Source: Vicugna vicugna (Eukaryota). From it: a stretch of DNA of 64,000 nucleotides. How positions within the stretch are numbered: the stretch's first letter is position 1; each line of letters starts with the position of its first letter. Positions 1 to 11,742 of the stretch are shown here, piece after piece. A program made the position numbers and the translations under genes. The stretch spans positions 2,287,553-2,351,552 of the forward strand of contig MU058868.1 in NCBI GenBank assembly GCA_013265495.1. The letters are read 5' to 3'. The notes under the pieces are model-generated. The model saw only the letters and a program-made list of their open reading frames with translations. It was not told the DNA's origin and did no database searches.

Positions 1-3000
1 TGTATCTGCAGTAAGCCGTCTCTGAGCAGAAACACGCACAAAACAAGGTTCCGTGCTGACGGGCTGATGAAAATGTTGTGACCAGAAGCTGGCAGGACCC
101 TCTCCTGCACGCCCCCAGGAGCAGTGGTTCGGTGTTGGTGGTGATTTTATGGAAGTCCCACTAACCGAGAGAACCGGGGCACCTGCCTCTCACCGGGAAC
201 TGGGACGCTGGGAGCAGGCCTCGCCCTCCGCCGGCCCGCCGCCCTCCGGGCCCTCCCCCACCGCACACACCCAAGCCCCTGTCCTCTCGCCCCAGCTTCC
301 ATCTTCCTCATTGGGATGAGGACAAACTGTGGGTGTTTTGTCTTAAAACCCCCTTATTCCGAGCAATTCCACCCCAGGTACAAAGCCCGAAGAACCGAAG
401 ACACGTGTTCCCCAAAGTTCGGGTGGAGGAGCCCCGAGGCCGGCGGGGGCCGCGTGGCCAGGAGGAGAAGCAGGTGCACGCCCGAGGGAGGGGCGCTCTG
501 GTCCAGCTGCGGCTACTCCGTGAGAGTGGGTTGGGATAGCCAGGCCAGTGGACTTGTCTCCTGATGGGCTCCAGACCTTTGGTGGCAGGGAAGGCCCTTT
601 GATGGTGGGGGCTTAGCCAGTTCGGAGAGGCCTCCGGACGCCTGGCTCCACCCCCCAGATCGGTGTCCATTGCTGTTCCTCGAACGCACGGACGCTGCTG
701 TCCAGGGCCGCCTGCTGTGTTGGAGGGTGAGGGGGTGGATATTCGCTTCCTGGCCTGCCCGGCTCGGCCAGAGCCCCCGAGCTGCCCAGTCCTCGTAGAG
801 AGACAGCAGGTGACCCCGGGCTGCGACGCCTGAGCCCTTCCCTGGGGCCGGGCCACCAGGACCTGCCATCCCACAGGCCCCGGACCGGAGCCAGGCCCCA
901 CAGTTACGACCAGGAAGAGAGAGAATACTTTGGAAAACAATTTTCTTGTCTTTATTTTTTTTCCCAAAGAAGTTGAGGAGACATGTGGTTTGCAAGCCTG
1001 CTGGCCTAGCAGGAGGCACAAGCCGAGCCGCCCGGTCACCGCGAGAGGCCTGAGCTGGGATGGTGAACGCCGGCCAGCAGGCTCCGGCCTGTTTCTAGGG
1101 GCACACGGGCCACCGCCGGAGCTGCCCCGGGGAGGGCTGTGTGGGGAGACGGGGGCACCACCGTGGGGCTGCGGAGCAGAGACCTGTGCCCGTCCCGAGG
1201 AGCGTGCCGCTGGGTCTCGGCCTCACGTCCGCCCCTCTCCCAGTGCAGCCCTCCCGAGCTCTCCGGGTCCCACCACCCCTCAGGGGCTCGGTCCTGCCTA
1301 CCTGCGACGGGGTGGATGTGGTCCAAGGACCAGGGCATCAGTGGGAGGGAGGGTGTGACAGACTCCAGCCTGGGTGGTGCCCTTGTCTCTGCCTGAGGAC
1401 ACGCCCCCCAGGACTCCTGGGGACCTGGCGCCCATCCTTCCTGCCTTCATTTCTGGAAGCACCCTGCGCTTCTCCTGAACGTGGCTCATCCCGGGGACGA
1501 GGGCTGTGGGCAGCCTCTGTGTTAGGTGCGGTCTCCTGTCCCTGCCTCTCCTCCCCCTTCTGTCTCTTTTCCAGCCCCTCCTCCATCCACCCCTTATCCA
1601 GGGCCGTCAGCTGTGTGTCCCCAGGGCTCTGGTCTTGCTGCACCCCCTCCCCGGATACGCTGGGGACATACCTCTCCATCCTCAGCACTGACCACGGCCT
1701 GGAGCCTCAGACCCAAGTGTCCGCCTGCCTCCTGGACATTTCCCAGAGGCTCAGCCCCGGCCCCAGACCTGCCCCTTCCTCACTCTTTCTCACTCGTCAT
1801 GCAGCGGGGGTGTCCAGAGGCTCCGGGACCCAAACTCGAGGGCCTTCTGTGGTGTGGTTCTGGAAGAGGACAGGAGGGTGAGGGGCAGAGACCAGGGCAG
1901 AGGAAGGTTGGTGGAGGGCTACTCGGGTTACTCTGGGTTGGAGAGCCGAGGCCGGGAGTGAAGCTGTGGGTGGGGAGGAGAGGGCCAGGTCCACGTGGCC
2001 ACGGGCCTGCCTGGGGCTGCCCCTGCGCGCAGCCCGGGCCTGTGTGCAGCGGGCGGCTCCCAGGCGTGCGCTTTGATGAGCGTCTGCCTGAGCCAAGATC
2101 TGTCGAGCCGAGAAGAGGGCGGAACCGGGGCACTCACCCCGCAGGCAGTGCTGCTACTGCTACTGCTACTTTCAAGAGCCTGTGAATCTGGACGCTGGGC
2201 CCCGGGCCCCTGCCCCAGCCCGGGGCCCTCCCTGCCAGGCCCCACACGCTCCCCTCCGCCGTCCAGCTGCTCTGCGTCGACCCGGCTGAGTGTGGCCGCT
2301 GCCAGGACCAGATGGGCCCCTGGGACAAGTCTTTCCCCTCCTGGAATTTCCCGGAGGTGTTCCCTCCTTCACAATGGGAACTGTGACGTCTGGATGTCTG
2401 TACTGTCCAGGGGCCATGGACCAACCCACACTAGAGGGACTGAGCGCTACGGGGCTCCTCCCTGGAGAGACACCCTGCCAGCCCCTCCTGGGCACAGCAC
2501 CACCTCCACCTGTACTCCGAGGGCCCTGGAGCGGGGGCCCAGCCCTCAGTTCTCCCTTGTCACCTTCTCCCTGCCTCCTTTCACGGAGACTCGGCTCAGG
2601 GTGCTGTGGGCGCCACCTGGAGCCTCTGAGCCAGGGTCTCAAGCCCAGGCCAGGATGGAGCTTCCAGTGGTTTCTATGTGCTTGGCTTGGGGCAAAGAGG
2701 TGGGAGCCATGGCCCTGACATGGTGGAGGGACAGCACCACGTGGAGAGCCTCCGCTGGGCTGGTGGCAGCCCTCTGGCTGGACTGTGGGCCCCTCAGCCC
2801 CTTCTTGGGCCCATGTCTCAAGTGATTGCTTGGAAAGCCACACGTCCTCACTCCATGCTTATTGACGCGTGGTGCTCAGAATGTTCAAGCATCCACCCAG
2901 TTTTGATGCTGCAACCTCTTCCCTCAGGCTTTTGCCAGTTCTTTTTTTAAAAAAAAAAAAGCTTGTGTAAGTTATGATCTCTCCCCCTCCATCTGCCATC

Positions 3001-3039
3001 TATAACCCACAGGCCATTCTGTCCACTTACTCACCCTTC

Positions 3040-3790
3040 CTTCTGTCCGTCCATCCGTCCATCCGTCCATCCATCCATCCATCCATCCATCCTACCATCA
3101 GCGCTGCTCATCCAATTATTCACCTGTCCATCCACTTATCCACCCACCCATCCACCCATACATCCATCCACCCATCCACCCACCCATCCACCCATCCATC
3201 CATCCACCCATCCATCCACCCATCCACCCACTCACCCANNNNNNNNNNNNNNNNNNNNNNNNNNNNNNNNNNNNNNNNNNNNNNNNNNNNNNNNNNNNNN
3301 NNNNNNNNNNNNNNNNNNNNNNNNNNNNNNNNNNNNNNNNNNNNNNNNNNNNNNNNNNNNNNNNNNNNNNNNNNNNNNNNNNNNNNNNNNNNNNNNNNNN
3401 NNNNNNNNNNNNNNNNNNNNNNNNNNNNNNNNNNNNNNNNNNNNNNNNNNNNNNNNNNNNNNNNNNNNNNNNNNNNNNNNNNNNNNNNNNNNNNNNNNNN
3501 NNNNNNNNNNNNNNNNNNNNNNNNNNNNNNNNNNNNNNNNNNNNNNNNNNNNNNNNNNNNNNNNNNNNNNNNNNNNNNNNNNNNNNNNNNNNNNNNNNNN
3601 NNNNNNNNNNNNNNNNNNNNNNNNNNNNNNNNNNNNNNNNNNNNNNNNNNNNNNNNNNNNNNNNNNNNNNNNNNNNNNNNNNNNNNNNNNNNNNNNNCCA
3701 TCCATCCATCCATCCATCCACCCACCCATCCACCCATCCATCCATCCATCCATCCACCCATCCATCCATCCATCCATCCATCTGTGCCAC
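3040..3790. repeat. (CCAT/CCAC)n tetranucleotide array interrupted by an N-run (3239-3697)
   Basis: Directly visible. It explains the P/H/I/S- and W/M/D/G-rich ORFs here. Confidence 0.97.
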
Positions 3791-4984
3791 CCTCTGCCCA
3801 TCCAGTTACCCACCATCTACGATGCATTCACTTGTTTGTGTATGATTCACCGTCCAGCTACTCAGCTGCAGTCCTGTCTCCCAGCCTTCCACTAACACAT
3901 TCACAAAGCTACCACCCATCCCACCCATCTGTCCGTCCTCTCACCTGTCTACCCATCTGCCTGCTCGTCACCAGTCCACCCACCATCCATCCACGTGGAA
4001 CACCCGCCTGCCCCGTCCCAGCCCTGTGTAGGGCCCGGGTGCTCACACATGTTTGCAGGCTGCCCGTATTTACACGTCAGGTCAAGGGTCAGAACTGCTC
4101 ACTGCATCATGTGCTTTGAGGATCCCGATCAATATCCAGCTGGCTACCGAGTAGCCTTATCTGTGTGTAAACAAGGTGATATTCCCAGAGAATTATGGGC
4201 TTGAAGACTTTCCCTGATGGCATCAGCTCCTGGCGGTGGGGGCGGACATGGCAGCCACTGGACTATAGACTGGAAATGAAACTTGTCATGGAGGCAGCCC
4301 AGAGTGGGCTGTTTTGGCACACACACAAGCTCTTGCCACTCAGTCTCCGGGTTTCCTTCTGTGACATTTATTCAGCAAGGGTGTCGAGGCCCTGCCTGCC
4401 CCTGCACTGGGATGGGGGCGATGATGCAGTAGGAACAATGCGGTCATGACCGTGGCCATCATCTGCTGTGTGGGGGGAGGGGTACTCTACTCCCGACCAG
4501 TTGACCACACTGCGGTCTCGAAAGCCAGGCTGCACCCAACAACGCTGCTCTGTGCTAAGAGGGACCCAGACGAGTGTGTGAAGGAGGGTCCTCTCCCCCA
4601 GGACCCGGGGCAGGGGGTGGAGCCTCCTGGCAGGTGGGAGAGAATCCGGCACATCACCCAGGAGCAGCTGGAGTCACGTTCCAAGGCCTGGAGGAGGCGG
4701 AGCCTCGCCCCGATGCTGCTGACGTGCGCCTCCAAGGGAAGGAGGCCCAGATGCCTCCCTGGCCGGCCAGCCGGCCGGCCATCTCGACCTGAATTTCTAG
4801 TCCGCCAAGTCCCCCACCCAGGGTTTGCATAATTATTACTTCCTAACCTAATTACAGAGCTCCATGCTGACTCCCCAGGGTCCTTGCGGGCTGCCTGCAG
4901 CCCCTCCTTCCTGTGAGTACAGGAGACAAAGAGTGTTGCTTGGAAGTCAGGCTGACCTGCCTTAAGTCTTCTCTCTGCCGCTTC

Positions 4985-5090
4985 CAAGTGGGGTGACCTT
5001 GGGCGAGTGGCTTACCCTTTCTGAGCCTCGTTTCATGGACTCTAGAACGCGGATTGTAACAGCAGCTGCCCCACAGGGCGTCGCAGATCG
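4985..5090 (+). mobile_element. MIR SINE remnant
   Basis: gtgaccttgggcgagtggcttaccctttctgagcctcgtttc (MIR core). Confidence 0.7.
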
Positions 5091-6464
5091 CGTGGGGGCA
5101 AGCGTGCGTTTAGTGCCCCACCAGCATCCCGGCGTGGAGGAGGGCGTCTCTGGGGCCCCGGCCCTTCCCCCTCCCTCCCACTTCCCTGCCGCATCTTCTG
5201 GTGGAAGCACACAGGACCGGCTCGCCCAGAACACCGGCAGGTTGGCAAGGGCTTGGACTCCCACGGATTTGAACGGAAGTCTTAAATCAAGGCTAACACA
5301 ATTAGGATGCTCCTGCAGAGGAGTTTTGAGAAGTCAGCTTGGCAGCCGAACAGGCGAAGAGAGTGCGCCACCCACCCAGGGACCTGCTTCACCACAGGGA
5401 ACAAGGTGGCGACCCGATGATCTGCCTTCTTACTTACAGAGCAGACCTCCGCCCGGGCAGCCCCAGACGGCACGGCTGCGGCGCACCAGGAGGGTGGGGT
5501 GCTGGGGGCAGGGGGAGACCCTGGCCCCCGCAGGCTCCCAGTGGGGATGAGTGGAGGGTCGGGAGCCATGGACTGCAGGGCTCGGATGCAGCGTCACCCC
5601 CATCCCCCCCAGCCCCGGTCCCAAGTCAGGGTGGAAACTGCATGGCGGGGCTGCCTTTGGACCAGTCCTGCAGCCCAGCCACTTCAGGCCCCGACGAGCC
5701 AGGACACTGTGGGGCCTCACTCTGGCCCCTGGCCCATCAGCCATGAGCTTGCTTTCTGCCTCTCCCATGGGAGTGTCTGTTGGACCCTGACAGCCTTGCT
5801 CCGAGAAGGCGACCCCCTCGACGGTGGCCCCCTTGACAGCCTCGTCACTGAATGGGCTGCTCTGCTCTGTGTCTCCTGCCAGCTTTGACGGGTCCCCCAC
5901 CTGGCCCCTGGGGTCTGCACAGGACACGCTCAAGGTCAACGCACCGAGCAGGGTTCCAAATCCTTCATGACAACAACAGCTGACTTTCCCAGGGGGCCCA
6001 CCACATGCTTCCCCATGAACGGGACGCTTGTCCAGAAGTTTCTGTGTATTTTAGCTCACTCACTCCTCAGGAGAGCCGCACTGGTGGGATCACGATGACC
6101 CCCTTTTACAGATGAGGACTGGAGCCTGGAGTCCGAGGTCCCCGTGGTCATGGGGCAGGACGGGAGCCCCGGGGGTCCCCAAGCCAGAAGGACAACGCCT
6201 CCCGCGGCCTCGCGGTGTGGTCCACCGCCAGCCAGGCTGGCGCGGGCAGGGAGGAGGGGGAGGCCCCTGCTCTCCTAGCCCCTCTCTGCGTCCAGGGTAA
6301 GCCGCCCGATCCTGCTGGTCCGCACCGCCTGGTGACGTGGGTCTCAGCCCCATTTCCTCCACCATTCCTCACCCTTTATCTAGAGACGAGATCCACTTAG
6401 CACACTGTGGGACCCCTGGGTTCTCCTTCTGGGGTCCGAGGTCTCTCCTCTCTGTGATCGCTCA

Positions 6465-6890
6465 TGCTGCGCGGGTTGAATGGGGGACCCCAAAGACGGG
6501 TCTATATCCTGACCCCTGGAACCTCAGAATGTGATCTTATTTGAAAAAAGCATCCTTGCTGAGATGTAGTTAGTTAAGGAGCTCGAGCTGAGATTGCCCT
6601 GGATCACCGGGGTGCCCCTACATCCAACAACAACTGTCCTTACAAGAGACACACAGAGGAGGCAGAGAGGGAGGAGGCCACGTGAAGACGGAGCGGAGGC
6701 TGGGGCGGTGCGACCACTCACCCACGAACACCTGGAGCCCCCAGGAGCTGCAGGAGGCAGGGAGGACCCTCCCTTAGGGCTTCTGACACCTTCACTGGGG
6801 ACTCTGGAGCCAGAAGTGTGAGAAGACAAATGTCCGTTGTCATAAGCCCCCCAGTCTGTGGTAGTCTGCTAGCAGCTTGGAGACACTCAT
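6465..6890 (+). mobile_element. MaLR solo LTR (MLT1C-like)
   Basis: gggttgaat...cctcagaatgtgatcttatttgaaaa...ggccacgtgaagacggag...gttgtcataagccccccagtctgtggtagt. Confidence 0.85.
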
Positions 6891-9639
6891 CCCCCGCCCC
6901 GGGCTCTGCCGCACACACTGTGCAGGCCAGAGAAGCAGGGCCACCCTCCCAAGGGCGCCGGGGCCTCACGTGGCTGGGCCTCCCCGGTGCCCCAGGACGC
7001 CCCGAGGCGGGGTTGGGACAGTGCGTGGGGACAGCCTTGCCCACGTCTCAGCTCTTGAGCACCCCCCGTCTCCAGGCTGACACCCCTCCAGTGCCAGGCA
7101 GCCCCTCACCACCCGATGCAGCCCCCCACCTCGGATCACAGGGGCTGGCTTCCTGGGTGGCTGCTGAGAGGCTGAGAGGTGCAATCAGGCAGCGCAGGGG
7201 TCAGCGCCCAGTGGGGAGGGGTTGGGAGGCAGAGGAGGGTGGGCAGCTCCCCCTCCGTGGATGATCCCGCGTGACAGTCCTCCGTGCAGCCCATGCTGAG
7301 ACGCCCCATCCCCCGCGCTGACCGAGCGCGTCTGCAGCCTCCCTCTGCTCGCTGTCGGGGGGCGGCCAGCGCAGGGGCACATCAGCCACGAATATCTTTC
7401 CTTGTCTCGCTTCCCCGTCCCCCTCCCTTGCCGTCCTGGCCTTGTACCTCTCGTGGGAAGTGGCAGCAACTTAACCCTTGCCTCAGGCTCTGCTTTCTCA
7501 AGGACCTGGCTGAGACAGGCAGCCTCTGCATGCCAATGGTGCCCCGGTGTGTTTCCTCACTCAGCACAAGCCTCGTTGTCTTTCTACCGAAACTTGGTCC
7601 TTGAGTGATCCATAGCAGCAGAGAAACAGGCCTGAAGCAGCCTTTTCTCGCTCTCTTTTTTTCTCAATGGTTAATAGGTTTAAATCGAAGTGCAAAAAAT
7701 AGAAGCTATGGTAACATAAGAAAAATCCCCAAGTGAACGGAGAGCTGCAGTCCTCCACGCTTAGCAGCGCCTGGCACAGAGCTGGTGTCTGGGAAGCCTG
7801 TCTTGGGTGAGGAAGAGATGACCAGTAGCGAGCAAGGCTCCAGCCAGGAACCCCTTCACTTCTCGTGATGGTCTGGGTGTTCTGAGAAGGAGCCAGAAGG
7901 GCCAGAGACTTACTGGGTGATGCTTGTGGAAGACCAGGGGGCAAGGGGCACCGAGAGCCTTCGGACGGCGATACCTGTCTGGGACCTGTGAAGGGGGAGA
8001 GGATGGGGCGGGCGTCCAGGGCTGTGGGGCAGCTCCAGGAGGCCCTCAGCTCTCAGAGGAGCGTGCACGGGTCAGAGATGGTGAGCCCTGTTCCCAGCCA
8101 TTCCTGGCCACTGCCCGGGCCTCTGGGGCTGTGTGTGGCCTTGGCTGAGAAATGGAGCGAATCCTGCAGGCACTGTAGCTGCTGCCTCTGTGCAGGGTAA
8201 ATTTTGATACACCTGCTCTCCATGAAAGTGTCCTGCATTGTAAATGTTAGTTTAGATGTCTTTTTTCACCCCTAGACAAGGGCACCAGGTTGGAGCCCCT
8301 TCATACCTGCATCTCTAGGAGCCGAGGACCAGTGATGCTGGATGCAGGCGTGGACGGGGAGGCAGATCTGAGTGCCCCCTCCATCACTGCCCGTAAATGT
8401 GGACCAACTCCGGGCCCAGCCTGAGGGCCACCCACAGATGTCAGACTGCTCCCCAGTCGAGAGCAGGCACTAGAGGGGACAGAAAGCCAGTTCAGGGACC
8501 AGGGCCGTGACGCCGGGAGGCACAGGCCGAGGAGGAAGCCCGTCCAGACTCTGGGACCTTCAGTGCCCGCAGAGGGCTCCGTCACCCTGACCCTCCCCCA
8601 GTGAGCCTGCCCGCCCCTTCCCTCGCCTCAGCTCCTGCCCCGCCCCTGGGGAATCTGAGCTCACGGGAGGCTCGTGTTTCCATGGTCACCAACCTCTCCT
8701 GTCGCCAGGATCTGCTTATTCCTTATCCAGCACACAGTGGGGTGGGCTGGCGGGAGCCTAAGTTGCCTGCCACGCTAAGGCAGGGGGCAGAGGTCATGTG
8801 TGCCTGGGTCCCCCTTCCAGCTGAGCGCTCACTGGCAAATATGAGCAGGAGATAGAGGGAAGTTTCCGGTCTTCCTCGTTGGTGGGACTTCAGGCTGGAC
8901 TTGGCAGCTGAGACGTGGGGTGAATGGTGTCCTGCTGACTGATTCACGTGAGGACAATGTAGGCTGCGCCAAGCCCAGGTTTACTCCTGGGGACCCGGGG
9001 CTTGGAGAGGGCCGGGTGGGGTCCCACGTGGGGTCTGCCTGGCCCGCCCGCCCCAGTGCCGGCTCCTCAGCCGTGGCCCCCCGGGGGTGGCCAGGGAAGC
9101 TTCCAGATCTTCCCAGCACCCCAGTCTGTGTGGCTTTCCTCTGCATCCCCGGGTGGCCCGTCAGGGTCCCCAGGAGGGTGGTCCTGTCTCAGCTGCGGCG
9201 AGTTCTTCTGCCTCTTCGCTCTTCCCAAATTCTCCTCCAACAGCCCTGCCACGTGTCTGACAGGGAGCCTGCTTCAGAGCGATTTGACATTTTGAGAGAA
9301 GAATTAATAAAATGAATGTTGGCGAAGCACTTGGCCGTGGAATTCATCGCTGTCTTCTCACAAGTGCAGTCGTGCGGCACGCGCAGAGTTTAATTGGCCC
9401 GCCGGGTGCAGGCTGTGGGGCCCCTCGGAGACCCAGGCTCTCCCCTGGAGCCGGACACGGGCACGTGCCCCTCGAGGCTGGGCAACGCTTGTTACAGTGA
9501 GGAAGGGACAGAGACACCAGCCAGCAAAGGAACCCATCTGCTGTTCTTGGTGATAAATCGACTTAGCAGATCACTGTTTGCTCCCTCCTTACCTCCTCAG
9601 GTCACCTCCATGGGACAGGGACCTGTCAGGCCAGCTCAT

Positions 9640-9725
9640 TCTCAGTTCCCCAGAACCTGGACAGGGTCTGGCCCACAGCAGAAGCTCAAGATGTGTTTAG
9701 TAAATGGACAGATGGATGGATAATG
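9640..9725 (+). mobile_element. L2 3' end running into a (GGAT)n repeat
   Basis: ctggcccacagcagaagctcaagatgtgtttagtaaatggacagatgga. Confidence 0.5.
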
Positions 9726-9780
9726 GGTGGGTGGTGGGTGGATGACGGAGGGATGGGTGGATGGGTTGATGGATGAGCAC
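9710..9780. repeat. (GGAT/GGGT)n degenerate repeat
   Basis: gatggatggataatgggtgggtggtgggtggatgacggagggatgggtggatgggttgatggatg. Confidence 0.85.
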
Positions 9781-10544
9781 AACCCCAAGTGCCAGGCCCT
9801 GGCGGTGGTGCTTTCAGACCACTCCGTCTCGGCGCCTTGCCCAGTTGTTGGAGGTGGTGGCTCTGTTTGATCACCTACCTCCCGGGTGTGTGTGATGAGA
9901 AGTGTTGCACATTTGACCCCAAACTCGCTCTGAGCAGTGAGGCTGCTGCTTTAGGGGACACCCCGGCACCTATCCACTCACCGTGGGGTCCTGGGGTCAC
10001 CCGGGGGCGCTGCTGCTGAGAGCAGGCCTCTGGCTAGTGTCTGTGACCTCAGCCAGGCCTGACTCACCGGGATGTCCTCCCTCCCTCCTGGGGTGGGAGG
10101 GTCCTGGTTCCAGTGAGCTTCCCGCTGGGGTCTTCACAGCATAGCCAGAAAGTCATGCTGTGGTCTTTGGGCAGCTTCCGGGAGGAAATCACACGATCGA
10201 ATTTATGGTTGAGGACAAGCCCTTCCCTCCCCACCCCCACCACTGGGCAGGTGTCAGGGAGAGAGGACAAGCGCCAGGCCACGCCCCCAGCAGGGGGAAG
10301 GCTGCGGTGGGGGCGGTTCCTCTGCCTGGACAGCAGAACCTGCTGCCCCTCCTCCAGCTCCCTGTGCTCCTCCCTCGCCCAGCTACCTGGTGCACACTCC
10401 CCACCTGGGCTGCCTGGCACACTCCTCTGCAGACGTCAAAACCCAGAAGGCCGTCCCTGAACCAGAGTGGGGACTAGGTCTTTTCTCCCCTGCTATCCCC
10501 ACGCAGGGCAGACCCTCAGGGATGATTCCCTGAGGGACAGGCTC

Positions 10545-10650
10545 TCCCACTTACCAATGAGGAAACTGAGGCCACACATAGAGCATCAGACTTCAGATTG
10601 CACAAACCCTGGCAGCTGGTCCTGAGATTCAGGGCTCCTGAGTCCAAGCC
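10545..10650 (-). mobile_element. MIR SINE remnant
   Basis: cccacttaccaatgaggaaactgaggc. Confidence 0.6.
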
Positions 10651-10652
10651 TG

Positions 10653-10758
10653 TGTGATGGTCAGTCATGTGTCAGCTTGGCCAGGTCGTAGTCCCCAGTG
10701 ATTCACTCATCCAGGTGTCGCTGCGAAGGTATTTCGTAACTGCGTTGACTTCTACAAC
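10653..10758 (+). mobile_element. ERVL LTR (MLT2-like) 5' fragment
   Basis: tgtgatggtcagtcatgtgtcagcttggccagg...gctgcgaaggtatttcgta matches the start of an MLT2 LTR. Confidence 0.7.
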
Positions 10759-10759
10759 C

Positions 10760-10928
10760 TTCAGGTGACCAGGAGAGGCCCACCACCCTGGGGAGGGCTG
10801 TCTGCTTTACTCAAGCTGCCGACCCAAAAGCTAAGCTCATCCAGAAACTGCCTGGCGGACACATGCAGAGTCATGTTGACCAAATGTCAGACCACCCCTC
10901 AGGTGGGCAGGTACCGTTAACCACCACT
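10760..10928 (-). mobile_element. ERVL LTR (MLT2-like) 5' fragment, inverted
   Basis: Reverse complement reads gtggtggttaac...catttggtcaacat...tttctggatgagcttagcttttgggtcggcagcttgagtaaagcagacagccctcccc, matching the MLT2 5' region. Confidence 0.75.
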
Positions 10929-11334
10929 CTTACAAACACTGAGAGCTGCCCCCCTGGTTTGGGGCCTCACTCTCTAGTCTGGTCCCCAGTTCCTCCACTT
11001 CACTGAGCCTCAGTTTCCCTCCTCGCACAGAGGAGTGTTGTGTGGCCCCAGCACAGGCCCCGGTACCCCCGGGCTCTGTCTTGGCAGACAGCAGCGGCTG
11101 GGCTGATGGTGAAGAGCTGCTGAGGCCCAGAGAGGGCAGATGCTTCCCCAAGATCACACAGCAGGTCCCTCATGCAGGCTGTCCGGGCTGGGCGTGTCGC
11201 TGGGTCTCAGCCCATCTCCTGGCCTCGGCACAGGGTGCCTGTGGTTTGTACCTCAGCAGCGCTGCATGCAGCACCTGGAAAACCACTTTCTTACGTCTTC
11301 TCAACTGCCTCCCTGACAACCTGGGGGAAGAGAT

Positions 11335-11430
11335 GATTCCATTTCACAGATGGGGAGACTGAGGTGAGTGGGAGGGATTCATCCAGGGTCCCAGCTACCC
11401 ATGGATACAGATCCAGCCTCGGTCCGATTT
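11335..11430 (-). mobile_element. MIR SINE remnant
   Basis: ttccatttcacagatggggagactgagg. Confidence 0.65.
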
Positions 11431-11519
11431 TCTGCCCCCTGGGCCTCTGCTCAACCTCTTCCCCCTTCCTGTGTCCTATGGCAGGGAGTGGGGTCTGGGA
11501 ACCTCCATTCAAGCCTGCC

Positions 11520-11660
11520 TCTGTGAGTGCGTGCCTGTCTGCCGGGTGTGTGCACGTGTGCTGGTGAGTGTGCAAGCGCCAGTGTGAGCCGTAAGTGTGC
11601 ACATGTGAGTGCAGATGCACGTGCCTGTGTGTGCCTGTGTGTGCACGCCCCTGTGACTGG
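11520..11660. repeat. Degenerate (TG)n-rich tract
   Basis: gtgtgtgcacgtgtgc...gtgcctgtgtgtgcctgtgtgtgcacg. Confidence 0.8.
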
Positions 11661-11716
11661 GGCAGGGATGGAGCCGTGAGCGCACTGTGAATCCATAGTT
11701 GGTTATTTTGACCGAG

Positions 11717-11742
11717 ACTTGAACTCCACACTTGAACTCCAC
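11717..11742. repeat. 13-bp tandem duplication
   Basis: acttgaactccac x2. Confidence 0.9.

Noticed and set aside
2610-2623. CTCF-like motif (minus strand GCTCCAGGTGGCGC)
   Set aside because: Only the core matches. Several similar partial hits (35730, 51330) are expected in GC-rich DNA.
2731-2750. REST/NRSE-like ACAGCACCACGTGGAGAGCC
   Set aside because: Half-site spacing is 4 rather than 2 and both halves have mismatches.
2974-4119. 381-aa and related ORFs
   Set aside because: Translation of the (CCAT)n array plus an N-run.
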